Positions 51,201 to 63,259 of a stretch of DNA of 64,000 nt are shown here, in pieces (within the stretch, counting starts at the first letter, position 1; the number at the start of each line of letters is the position of its first letter). Below the pieces are notes generated by a model. The model was not told where the DNA came from. It made no database searches and saw only the letters and a program-made list of their open reading frames with translations. The DNA comes from Bigelowiella natans CCMP2755 (Eukaryota; Protista; Cercozoa), in assembly GCA_000320545.1 (NCBI GenBank), contig ADNK01000150.1, positions 1 to 64,000 of the forward strand, read 5' to 3'. The translations under genes were made by a program, and so were the position numbers.

Positions 51201-51273
51201 TCACCGAGGCAGGACTCGAACCTGCAATCTTCGCCTCCGGAGGGCGATGCCTTATCCATTAGGCCACACGGCG
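51201..51273 (-). tRNA. tRNA-Arg (anticodon CCG)
   Basis: Cloverleaf: D-arm GCCT/AGGC, anticodon stem TCGCC/GGCGA with loop CTCCGGA, T-arm GCAGG-TTCGAGT-CCTGC. A T5 Pol III terminator follows. Confidence 0.92.
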
Positions 51274-51525
51274 TAACAGCAAAAGAAGCCACGAGAATTG
51301 GCCGCGATTTCGATTTACCTGGTCTGTGCTTACGTAAATTTAAGGATGTACTATGGACTGGTACAGAGTAATTTAATTTTCATTGGGGAAACTTCGTAAA
51401 GTGACTGACTTCTGGGGAAGAAATAGTGAAGAGGAGCGTTTCTCAGTGCGCGTCTTAGTTTAATTCTTGATTTACGTGAGAAAAGAAAGGAGGGTACGGG
51501 CTGCTGTCGAGAGAGGCGGTGGAGA

Positions 51526-52550
51526 ATGGAGGCTCCGGCTGCCCCAAACAAGCCAGCTCCCATGCTGGCCTCCCGCTACTCAGCCGCATCTCTTGGGGGA
51601 AAGCTTATCCGAGAAGCGGTTGAAATCGTTTCGTGCCTATTTAGTATGATAGAGGGTTGGGCCAAGTTTTAACAGGGGGAAGTGATACAGAATGGAATAT
51701 CTTGAGTGTGAACAATGTTGATTTGATGCTGCAATCTTTAGATACGGATACGCCATCTCAAGCAGATTTTGATGAGAAATTTGCAGGTGAGATTTTGCGC
51801 TTTCCCCTACCTCTACCGTATTAACATCTCACTTCACCCAGGGTAAGGATATCGTGGGGCCCGTTGATTGCTATTACACTCTCCTGGAAGGTGCAGTGTT
51901 TTTGCTGCATTGTGATTTCTTTTGTAAGTAGCTTCTCTCAGTAGGAAATAAGGACGAAAGCGACAGTGCGTCGATGGAGGAGGAGATCTTCAGATCAAAG
52001 ATCGAATCTCGAACCCTGGTGCTGTGTGTCTAGCATTTTATTGTTCCTGTCCAACCTACTATTGTGAGTCTGATGCCGCCGCGTGTGCCGGGGAGGAGGG
52101 GATGGATGAGGAGCTTGTGTATCATTAAAATACTCCTAATTTTATGGTTTCATCTAGAATCCGAGTTGGAGCACGATAGAAAATTGCACCCCAAAGCGGG
52201 CAACAGCAACATGTAAGTCGCACTACATGAGGAGGATGCAACAACGATCCTCGCCTAACCGCAGCCCCTCCCTCTAAAAATCATCTTAACCGTCGTGTAC
52301 CTAGAGTAGAAATGAAATGCTTCCATATTTATATTGTCAATATATCTATCAGGGATGATTTTAAGAGTCTATACGCGAGCGAGCAAGACACAAGATTGGC
52401 GTTTACACCTAGAAAAGAACTTTCACCTCCGCGATTTAGAGTATTTTCAGGTGGTAGTAATAGTAGTAGTAGTAATAGTGGTAAAAGCAGTAGCAGCCCA
52501 GCAGCTGCAGCAACAGTCGCAGTAATTGTTATTATAGTAGTGATAGTAGT

Positions 52551-52581
<31 letters not shown>

Positions 52582-52928
52582 CGGGGTGGCAATTCATCAA
52601 TGCCTCCGCTGCTGCCTCCGCAGCTGCCTCCACTGCTATTATGTCTCGACCACCTATTTCCCCACCTTTTAGTATAATGATGACAGCTTTGTGATTTATT
52701 TGCTATTGTTGTGTTGGGTGCTATGGTACGGTGCAGCCCATTCGAAGGGCGGGCCTGGGTGACCTTGGTAGTTCAACAAGATCAGAATATTCAAGAGAAC
52801 AATAAAATGAACGCGGAGAGAATTGCGCAACCCCTCCAGCTTGATACATGAGTTAAAACTATTCCTGGAGTTGAGTCTTGGGGCAACTTAGTTTGTATTG
52901 TAATAGCTGCCTGATTGTTCTTTGCTTT

Positions 52929-52971
<43 letters not shown>

Positions 52972-55900
52972 ACCAACGCGACTTCTTTGCATCGCTCGTA
53001 GGAAAATCAGGACCGAACACTGTGTATTTGGTCCTAATAGGTAGTATTTCTTTCTTATTTTTTGCCTCCATTCTCCCTCCCCTCCCAAAGCGGTGTGGTA
53101 GAGTGGCAAAAGCAAGAAGCAAGTGTAGCATCATGTATATGGTAGTTGTAGTGGTAGCACCCTGTCATCATCGACTTTGGTTTATTTACCCCCTCCCCCC
53201 CCCCACCCCCCCTCCCCCTCTTCAGATGGCGTGTATGGTTTTCCTAACGACCTCACTGCGCCGGCGAACAGGAAGCCGATGAGGGTACTTCTTACGCTTG
53301 TTCCTCCTACCATTGCTTGGAAGAAATTGTACTATCTCCTGAATGTAGTGGCATATCCACGACGACTGTTTGGTCCCACTTCTACTTTAGTGCCACAAAT
53401 ATCGTTGGCCTTTTCCTCGGAATTCGTCAAAAGAACATGGTCTGAAATCTGCGTGATGTCACCCCCCATCTTCCATCCCTCATAACAGAAACGTGGACCA
53501 CTGAAGATCACTGTGAGCGCATTATTGCAGCAGCATGCACAGCTCTCGAGGTTGGTCATAACTAACAGGACTTTTAAATATACACGGAGCGGTTGCACCA
53601 TCACAACCAAACTTGAGGAAGGACGAGAGATGTAGTGAAAGAGAAGAGTGTTATTCATGTCATTATGTGGCTTTCATGAAAAATAGCCCTTATATCAATT
53701 CCTTTCTCTTCGCTTCTGTGGCCCAGCTGTCGACCCTTAAAAGATGGTGATTGATTGTCCTTAACTTGAAACGTTTTGCAATTGTTTGTTGTTGTGGTGG
53801 GCAATCCAACAAATCACCAGCTCTGTTGAACAGTATCTGGCCAGGCTCAAATTGCGTGGAAGGTGAAGTAGTAGTAGCAGCATCAGTAGTAGTGTAAGTA
53901 GAGAAACCTGTGGTACTGTCCTCTTCCTCTTTTAACCCCATTTCATTCGCACTGCTCCATCAACACCCCCTCCCCCTTCCCTCACTCAGTCTGGAGAATC
54001 AGTGCAATGAAATCCTCAAGGGTGCAGACGCGAAGATATACAGGGTTTGTTTGTGCGTGCGAGAGGGAGAGGGAGAGGGAGAGAGAGAGAGAGAGAGAGA
54101 GAGATGTTAAATTGATGGCTGGCCTACATATGAACACCTGTAATAGTGGTCGCGAATGTTGTGGTGCTGCACGCGCTGCTGCTGCTGCTGCTGCTGTTGC
54201 TTTTACCACTTCAGAGAGCGAGCTGCAATACGGTGTTTGAATTTATGTGTTATCGTAGGCGAGACAAGTGCAAGCGTCTCTCACTGCTCTCAAGAAGGTA
54301 GTGCTGTTGTAGAGCTGTTGCTGCTACCCCTGCGACACCCTTCTCGCGCTCTCATATTACCACCATCAAGTTATGTGTCTATCAATTATTAAGGTTCATA
54401 TGGAAAAGAAGGAAGAAAAGTAAGATGTTGCCCCCCCCCCGGCCTCCCTCCCTCCCTCCCTCCCTCCCCAGAGTCGTCGTTCTGTTGGTTCAGCTTCAAT
54501 GTCTACTCGATTACCGTTCTTTTTATCATACCCTGCAATTGCATATGTCTTCTGCCTCCGCACCTACAGCCGCCGTCCCCCTACCTTGTGCTGCACAGCT
54601 AATAAAGCAACTTAAAATCCTCCTGATCATCTCTGCGATTATGACTACAGGGAGGAGCTTTCCGCACAATTAGAACTCATTAGCACTCACCGCAAAGAAC
54701 TCAAACCACGGTAAATAGCTACAGCCGGATTAGTACTGAGGCAGGAGGGGAGGGCGGGGGGTAATAGGTATCAGCTATACAGCCCGAACACCAGTAATAA
54801 TGAAGTGTAAGGAGGGCGAGGAGGAGCAAACAAATGTTATACAAAAGAAGGGTCATTTGGCGAGAATTATGTTGCTGAATATGATGTTGTTCCCAGAGCG
54901 GAATTAGTGCTCAAGATGTGCAAAGAGATGAGGCGAAAACGTGAGGCGCTCGAGAAGGTAGGAGAGAACTTATGGATGGAGAGAGAATCTTCTTTCTTCA
55001 CCACGTATCATGGAGAAATTGCAGGAAGGGGAGGAGGGTTAGCAGTAATGGTTTCTGCTACTGACTGCTGTCTTATCAGTACGGTGTCCTTCTTTCTTAC
55101 CGCGTGGTTATTACACCTGCTTTCCTTTGAGAGTTTCTGTTTCCCTTTGTCGCTCTCCTTCTCATATTTCTCTAACCCTAACCCGTCCTTCCCCCCTTCC
55201 AAATCAGGTCGCAGCCATGAGCACGGCGTTGCAGAAGAAGCGGCTTACGGCCGAAACCCGGGTGTACCTCCGGCAGCTCCGCATGCTGTCGATCCTGTAC
55301 GCTGTATACCCCGTCATTAAGAGGGGGGCTGGCGCTAGGGCTCATGCTGCTACCACGACACTAGCAGCGTCATCGTCGCACACGGCATCGTCCAACGCCT
55401 CGGACTTCAAATCAACGACTTCTGCTGCCAGCAGTAACAACGGCAATTATAGCAGCACATATAGGAAGCCGCCTTTCTACACCATCCGCGGGGTAGTTAG
55501 TAGACGACGATTACTCGTAGTAATAGCAGTAGTAGCCGTAGTAGCAGAAGCATAGCGAGTTTGCAAGGGGGGCGGCACATTATCAAGTGGAAACTTGAAT
55601 GGCGGTGTGAGTCTCCCTACGACGATGACGCAGGCTGAAAATAGAATAATATTATCAAGACATCCAATCACTCCTCATTGTTCTCATAACCCATAATCCA
55701 TTTGCTATTGCTATGTTTCTGCTCAGGTAACGTTGCCGGATTTACCAAAAGACTCCATGGCAAAGGTGTTGTGTTGTTGATGGTCACATATCATCCTTCT
55801 TGGCTGATTGAGTGTAGTTGTGATAAAACGAATCTCCATTTTTTTCATTGGTTTTCGCTGGTTCCTTGTCGGTTGTTTCCCCCCCCCCCCCCCCCATCTT

Positions 55901-56280
55901 TCCCAACCCCTCGATCTTCAGGAGATAAGCGTTGCATTAGGGTATTGCGCTCATCTTATCCTTCTCGCGGCCAAGTAAGGGAACAACGAGCGCGACACCG
56001 ACGACAACATATGCCATGGCTGATTATGATGATGAGAATACCCTCTGAATGCGATGGATGGTGCAAGACAGAATATATTTACATGTTCTCACTACTATGT
56101 GTTGTGTACTTTGTGCTTCCTTTCCCCCCCTTAACTCCTAAGGTATCTGGGTGTTATTTTGCGATATAAGATCGTGCACTTAGGGTATATATGATCCTGT
56201 CATTTTAGCCTTTGTATGCGCTACTGCTGCTGCTGTTATTACCACCATCACCAACTGGAAGACTTCTGCCCAAATAATGA

Positions 56281-56331
<51 letters not shown>

Positions 56332-56917
56332 ACTTCTTTGCCTCTTTCGCACGCACTCAGCCAAAACTTCTTTTATGTATGTTAGGTCCAAGTCCTACGT
56401 AGTCGACGGTGTGCATGACCCTCCTCAGCAAGTCCCATTGCACTTCAAAGAGTCTGCCGCAACCAGTAGAGGGTAGGATGATTGATCGAACATATTGCAT
56501 GAATGAGACATTAAACTCCACCATGATTGCTGATGGTTTCGAACAAACGAATGTGGTTAGTCTATCTAAAAACAGCAATCTTTTTGAAACAACGAAAGGG
56601 TGATCCAGAAAGGTGTTGCCATGCTGATCATCGACACTCGGCAGCTCCTCAGCGCTTGCTCGGTAAGAAATACACTTGTTTATTTCAATTTTATGTAGGG
56701 AAAGGAGGAAAATCTAGGAGTTGGCACCTTCCCCAATTTCATGCATTATGTACAAATAATAGATGGTCCAATCAGATTTGACTTTACTTACCGACGTCTT
56801 CGATCTCCCTATAACCCATCGCAGATAAAGCAGCCTGAAGAGACCTATGGTGCAGGGACTTTTCTTCTGCATCAGCTGTATGTGCTGCAGAGCCAGATTG
56901 TAACGCAATCGAAGTGA
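51526..56917 (+). CDS. UVRAG: UVRAG/Vps38 homolog (C2 + coiled coil + BARA-like C-terminus), PI3K complex II subunit
   Basis: C2 segments CYYTLL, FRSKIESRTLNPSW, ILRVY..HLRDLEYF and DGVYG. Coiled-coil exons. RQLRMLSILYAVYPV, TIRGVTLPD, EISVALGYCAHLILLAAKYLGVILRYKIVHLGSKS and KGVAMLIIDTRQL. The first exon junctions are uncertain. Confidence 0.85.
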
Positions 56918-56949
56918 AGTGTATTGCTATGTAAAAACTTGCACAAACC

Positions 56950-57700
56950 AGGCTCATACTTCTAGACGTATCGTACCTACATTTGTTATGTGGAACACAT
57001 GACATGCTAGCATGCTGCTGCGCACATGCTTCATAATCTAGCAGAGATTAGACTTGTCTGTCTAGATGTACATGATCGACATGTGTATCCGTTAACGCTT
57101 TATTCGCATTGGTGTTTTGAGACGCTTATTATGCAGGCACACTTGGGAGAGAGGAACATGTAGCTAGCGAGCTAGCTAGTTAAGGCACCAAATTGTGGTT
57201 CCTGTTCCGCCTGCTCTTTATATTAGCTAGCTTTGGCTGCGCAGGTCAGGTGGCACGCGCGCACGCTCAAATGCCCGACATTAACTCATTATAGCATTGC
57301 TGCCATACTAGCATGTGCCACGCCTGTTAGCCTGACGCACCATACATTATTGAAATTTATTAGACACCAATAACACTGCATGACTATATGACATCATCAA
57401 CCGAACAACTTCGTCTGCGATGCGATGCACGCCTGCCATCACGCATGTCATGCATCGCTAGATCGCCTACTAAGGAATAAATATGACGTCCATGCAGGCA
57501 ATGGCGCAGAGTCACGTGCATTTAGACATCTAGTAGATATGAGCTTGCTGCCCATCTAGCCATGTCAGACTACATGCATGGAGCACGGCTCCGTAGTTGT
57601 CACATCGCAAGAGTACATGACTGCATCTATATAACGTAACTATAGATACAACGCTATGATGATTAGGTTCTATTCAATGGTACTGCACCCAACATTTTAA
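56950..57700. repeat. CTAG/CATG-rich decayed intergenic tract
   Basis: Dense catg, tgca and ctag words (e.g. acatgtagctagcgagctagctagt). No ORF of 60 aa or more begins within most of it. Confidence 0.5.
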
Positions 57701-57779
57701 CATTTACAAGTTTTCATGAGTGCGGGCTCTTCACCTTAATATAATTTCTTATATCTTCTCCTCTGTGGCCCCACACTTT

Positions 57780-59100
57780 TTACGCTTGGAGATCATCGGG
57801 GATCACGTCCGCATCAGGACAGTCAAGAAGTCCATACTTAAGAAAGCGTTTAAGTCTCTTCAAGCTCAGTGTCATATCCCTGCGTCTCTTACTTCCTTCA
57901 TTTGTTCTATCGTAAGCAGCTTTAATATCATCTCGAGCCACGTAAATTTGACGGACAATGTCCATCTTTTCGGCAGGGGGCAATTGATACGTTTCCTTCT
58001 GCGAAACCTGAGGAGAGTGTACAAGTCAACGTGGTTCATAGCAGTGAAAGAATCAATAGGTAAATTCACTTAGTAAAGGAGGATTTGAAAATGGGAATAA
58101 AAGTCCATCTGCTGATTGGAATTTGAAACTAAAATTCCACCCGCAGTCACTTGCCATGCAAACAAGATCATCGTATTCAATGTGCTTAGTATCTTTAGCG
58201 TTCACGATAGAAGTTCACTCTCTTACTTATTTTCTCCATGTAATTAGTTGAGGGGGAAGGTGCGTTACCTGGTCAAGAAGTAAAGCCCAGGATTGCTGTC
58301 CAACGTCACCGGCAACAGATGCAGCAGCGGTTGGTTCTGTAATTTCACACGGTATATGTTAGAAGGGAATTAGGTCTACATTTCGGATTTCTTCTTAGCC
58401 CGATAATTCTAATGATTTTTGTTACCTTTGATTGCAAATGCTGGAAGGTATTGGCTCCTCCTCTGCATACCGTACAAGTTAAGGATGAGGAAGATAGAAT
58501 AACGAATTAATGTCAAGACAGCGAAGGAAATAAGAGAAACGCGAAATACGTAAGTTAAGGTATGGAGAAGACTCGCTCCATCTCTCTACATTTCTTCATG
58601 TAAATCATAATTGCACACCAAACACATCACAAGAAGGGTGTATGAAACGTACATGTATATGAAATGCTAGAATGCCAAACATATTTAAATTTATGAATTT
58701 ACTAGCTCATGCAAGTATATACATAAGATATGCATAAAGTATCATGTTATCTTTTATGTTTTTGTGTGCTGTGTATGTGTGTCTGTTTGTGTGGCATGCA
58801 TAAATCATAAATGTGGCTAAGTGCTACAAACCATGTTGGGGTTGCTATGGGTAGATTGAATATGCATTCTAGGCATGTTTCTGCATCTTGCTCCTGTCAT
58901 TACGGACTCTAATGCTCCTAAAAAATATACGACTATCAGATGGCATCATGGGTACAACCAGTACCAACCCCCCCCTTCACACCGCAACAGACCCTCATGC
59001 GGACATCACTATCGATCAATATTTACCGCTCTGCCGTGTTCCAGAGATGTAGACCACAGAAATAAGAATAGCACAGCATACTGCACTGCCGATTGCGAAT
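57780..59100 (-). CDS. Hypothetical spliced protein (3' exons)
   Basis: Plausible GT-AG exons: SFAIGSAVCCAILISVVYIS (hydrophobic), SWALLLDQILSTLNTMILFAWQ and VSQKETYQLPPAEKMDIVRQIYVARDDIKAAY...DDLQA*. 5' end not established. Confidence 0.4.
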
Positions 59101-60134
59101 GACCTAGATTTGACATCTGTCAGTTCGGAGCTCGGGAATTATGTAGAGGGGGTACGCTATACATAACAGATTTTCATGGTAAACCCAAATTCTCGTGGTG
59201 ACTACGTCATTTTATCGAAATATAGTCCACGTTATATCCCAGAATCTCAATACGGGAAAATTCAAGAGACAACAAGGTGGGGGGGGACAAAGGTGGTACT
59301 GAGTGCTCCTCATTGCGCGATTGGTTTGTTAAGTCACAGTTAAAACTCATACTCAGACCTGATTTAAGCTAATGTGGACATGACAAAACCCTTTTTACTC
59401 TGAAATTCACCATCTTTGACCATTATTTCAACATTTTCCACACATATCTTAAATAAGATAAAATAATTCGAGTATAGTTAATCCTGACTGAACTCTGAAC
59501 ATTTTTTCCACAACTAAAAACACTATTTATGAGTTATTAGATATAACGACACCAACATTTTCATGTCTCTTGAAAATATATACGGGAAATCGCCTTCAAC
59601 AGGCGCTGGCTGCATTTATTCTGCAGAGCCGAAGAAATATTTTCCGCGGACCATTTGGGAATGGCAAAGAATACCGGAATATCCGATGCTTTAGAAAATG
59701 CCATGTGATTTTGCTCCGAATTCTAGTAATAATATGCCGTAGCCACCAAGCCATTTTTTGTCTACGACTTCTCGCGGTTCTGGATGCCGAAAAATAATAG
59801 TTGGATTCCGGTTACCCTTTTCCAGGAACGGTTTTCGCGAACACAAGCCAAGATTAGAAACATTTTGGTACTCATTCAGCTTCCGCCACTTAAAACCAAA
59901 TATTACTAAGTATGGCGGCATTGTGTATTGTCGCTGTCGATAAATATTTTCAGTTTTCTGTCTGGTTGAGACAAGTCTTCACCTCAACCGCGCCCCTCTA
60001 ACTCTCAACGATCCCTTTGTTTTACTTTGGGAGAGCGGGAGCCACAGATAGAAACAACCAAAAAAGCCAAAACAATTTAGACTTTGTAGAATCGGAACGA
60101 AATGTTAGCGAATCCTAGGGGATGATTAAGCTCG

Positions 60135-63100
60135 ATGAAGCTTTGCGGTGAGTGCGAAGACCAACCCGCAGATTGGCATTGCCTTCCATGCAATCAAATA
60201 TACTGCTCAGATTGTTTCAAAATCTATCACAAGAAAACTTCAAAGCGAAGACACCACAAACCCGTGCCTGCAAATATCTGCAGCATCTGCGAGAAGCGCC
60301 GTGTGGCATTAGAATGTGTTCAGTGCAACAAAGATTCATGTGAAATATGCTTTGAGAACTATCATAGGAAGCCCTCAAAAATGTTCCACGAAACGCGAAG
60401 ATACGGAGTTAGGAAGGACTTGGAAACTCCCCCTAAAAATCTGAGGCTTCCCAAATTAATGAAACAACGTCCAAGGAGCGCGCCCCTTGGAAGAAAGTCA
60501 CTAAAGTGTAGCGTAGATGCAGACACGCCTCGTGATCATAATGCCGACATCTTGGTGGATGCAACAAAGAGGACTTCCGGTACACGACGGGCTGCTTCTA
60601 TAAAGAAGCGTTTGGTAAGCCCTGATATGCTCCAGTCGCCACCATTTACAGGGAACAAGCCGGCACGCAGTCTGAGCATATCTGCATCTAGGAGACAAAG
60701 AAGAGGATCGCGTGTTCCACTTTCGGCGAGAGAGAAGAAGCTTCCTCCCTTGATTAGACAGGAAACCGGTGAATTTCAGTTGATAAACCATGAGAGAAGT
60801 CAATCTAGACTTAGGATGAAGCGGTCATTCATTCGGGAATTCTCATCATCCAATGTGCGGTCCCCTGATTCCGACAGGACTGCCTCGCCTTCCGGCGGCA
60901 GAAATCGCCTGGGATTGAAACTTATTCTCGAGAGGGGTTCCCTGAACGACACCCAAACCAACCCGCTAGATAGTCGGGGAAGCAGGAGAAGCCGGGGATC
61001 TTGTGCATTGGACAGCACGAGCACAGATACGCCAGAAAGCACTAGGAGCCAAGGAAGGCATAGAAGGGAATCTTCCACGTATGCGATTCCCCGTGATCAA
61101 GACGAGGGTACCCGTGGGAGAAAAATTGTACAAAGATTAGACACATTAATTGAGGATGATCCGCCTAGGAGGAACAGGCTGGGAATTAGACTTCCTAAGT
61201 GCGACAGCGTTGTTTCCCCAAAGATTATTAGGCGAAATAAGCTGGGTCTGAGGTTAGATAGCGATGATTCTCCACATGTTGGGAGGAACAGGCTCAAATT
61301 AAAATTGAATAGATTAGATTCCACAGAAAGCAAAGGCTCGTTCTCCATTCCAGATGTGACAGCCAAAGACTCACATCGGCGTGGGATGCTCGGTAGTCCA
61401 AGTACGAACGGTTCGGTTGATTCAGGCGGCGAAGACGATCTTTTATGTAGTAGGGAAATAATACCAAACAGCTCAAATGCCACTTGGAAAATAACCAAGG
61501 GAGAGTTTAGAAAGGGTCGGTTTGCAATAAACTTCAATGGAGTGCGGAAGCTCAAGAATGAGGCACAGACACCTTTGGAGAAAACATGCTTCGAGATGGA
61601 TCAGCCCAGGACTCTTATAAACCCCAACGATATGGTTAAATTGGGAGTCCTTGGAAGTGGATTTTCGGCGAGCGTCATCAAGGCCGTGAATAAGAAGAAC
61701 TTTAATATTATGGCTCTGAAGGTGATCAACGTGTTCGACAAGAGCAAAAGGCAAATGTTGATTAAGGAATTGGAGGCATTTGAGATTGCAAAAAAAGAGA
61801 AGCACATCGTCGATTACTATGGTGCCTACTTCAGTGAGGGCGCGACCACGCTTGCCCTAGAATATATGAACCGAGGCTCTTTAGAAACAGTGCTCAAAGT
61901 TTACGGCCCAATGAAGGAAACTGTCATTAAGTCGATATGCAAACAATCTCTCATGGGCCTTAAATTCCTGCAGACAAATCGCATGATGCACCGGTGAGTA
62001 CTGTACATAGCATTCAAATTCTGCCAATTATATTACTGAGTGAGGGTGCTATCCAGCTAATGGATGTGCATATTTTACTTGGGGATTTTTTTTTTATATC
62101 AGCGATATTAAGCCGGCGAACATGTTAGTGAATCATAAGGGTCAAGTGAAGCTAGCTGATTTCGGTATTCTTGGGTTCCTCCCTTCGTCCGGTCAGCTAT
62201 CGAAAACTATGGTAGGCACGCAAAGGTAGCAAGCATTTGTCTGGTACATGAATAACTTCCCATGCATAATCGTCCCAATATTCTTTTGTTTCTTCAATCT
62301 TTGCGTGTTTATATTTCTACAAGATACATGAGCCCCGAAAGGATTCAATCCAGCGGCTACTACTACAACGCCGATATTTGGAGCTTGGGGCTGGTAGCAA
62401 TGGAAATGGCCAAGGGCCGTTTTCCGCTTGACGTAGAGCCTAATGCAGGATATTTCGCAATCGTTGGGGTATTTGCTATGTTTTGGTTGCTCCCCTTCTT
62501 AGTGCTAATGACTTTCGCTTAAAACATGGCCATCATCGTTGGACAATGATTTCTTCTCGGTGTTATTGCATGTTGGGTTACTTGGGGTGATTTCTTCTCG
62601 GTGTTATTACATGTTGTGTTGGGCATCATTCTGCAGGCAATATGCGAGGGACCTGCCCCATGTCTAGACTCAAAGAAATGGTCGAAGGACTTCTGCCGAT
62701 TTTCCAGTCTCTGCGTCCAGAGAGAACCTACAGTGCGACCTGGAGCCACGGGGTTGTTGCTACTACTTATCAAGCAGCATTTTGCGCACAGTCGATGTGC
62801 TGTTTCAAATCTACATATTTTGAATCTCTTTTCTCATCGCACAGGTTACTATTGCATGACTTTGTTCGAGATGTTGACGCGGAGGAGTGTTGTCCAGATT
62901 GGCCCTTCCTGTTGAAAAAAGACATGACTAAAGAACAGAAGGGACGTGAAGAGCGCCAAAAGGAGAAAAGATATAAAGATCTGAAGCAAGTTATGACAAT
63001 TTTTGTAAATCAGCAGATCCAGAACAAGAAGTACAAACACTCTCTCTACACCGAAGCTCTATTTCAAAATGTTGGGGAACAACTGGGGTTCGAGAAAGCT

Positions 63101-63247
63101 GAAGTGCGATCTTGTGTTGAATCGCTGATGCTCGAAGCAGTCGAAAGGAGACACGACGACAAAAACTTGAACCCGATTTTAGATGACGGTGCAAGCAACA
63201 AGGGCTCTCTGCGACTCTCGAAGGCCAATAAAGAGAGTGAGAACTAG
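60135..63247 (+). CDS. MAP kinase kinase (STE7/MEK family) with two N-terminal B-box-like zinc fingers
   Basis: CxxC..CxxC..CxxC..H twice at the N-terminus. Kinase motifs [58 protein letters not shown] and ADIWSLGL. Five exons. Confidence 0.92.
62547..62616 (+). repeat. 29-bp near-identical direct repeat in an MKK intron
   Basis: tgatttcttctcggtgttatt(g/a)catgttg at 62547-62575 and 62588-62616. Confidence 0.85.
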
Positions 63248-63259
63248 GGTTAACAAAGA

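Noticed and set aside
51098-51371. Short ORFs on both strands
   Set aside because: They overlap the tRNA-Arg gene and are shadow ORFs.
53332-53658. Minus-strand 108-aa ORF
   Set aside because: It lies antisense within the UVRAG gene and has no recognisable motif.
49-56476. Dozens of six-frame ORFs with (ER)n, (HT)n, (VC)n, (SL)n, (YI)n or poly-S/L/H runs
   Set aside because: They are translations of intronic microsatellites, not genes.
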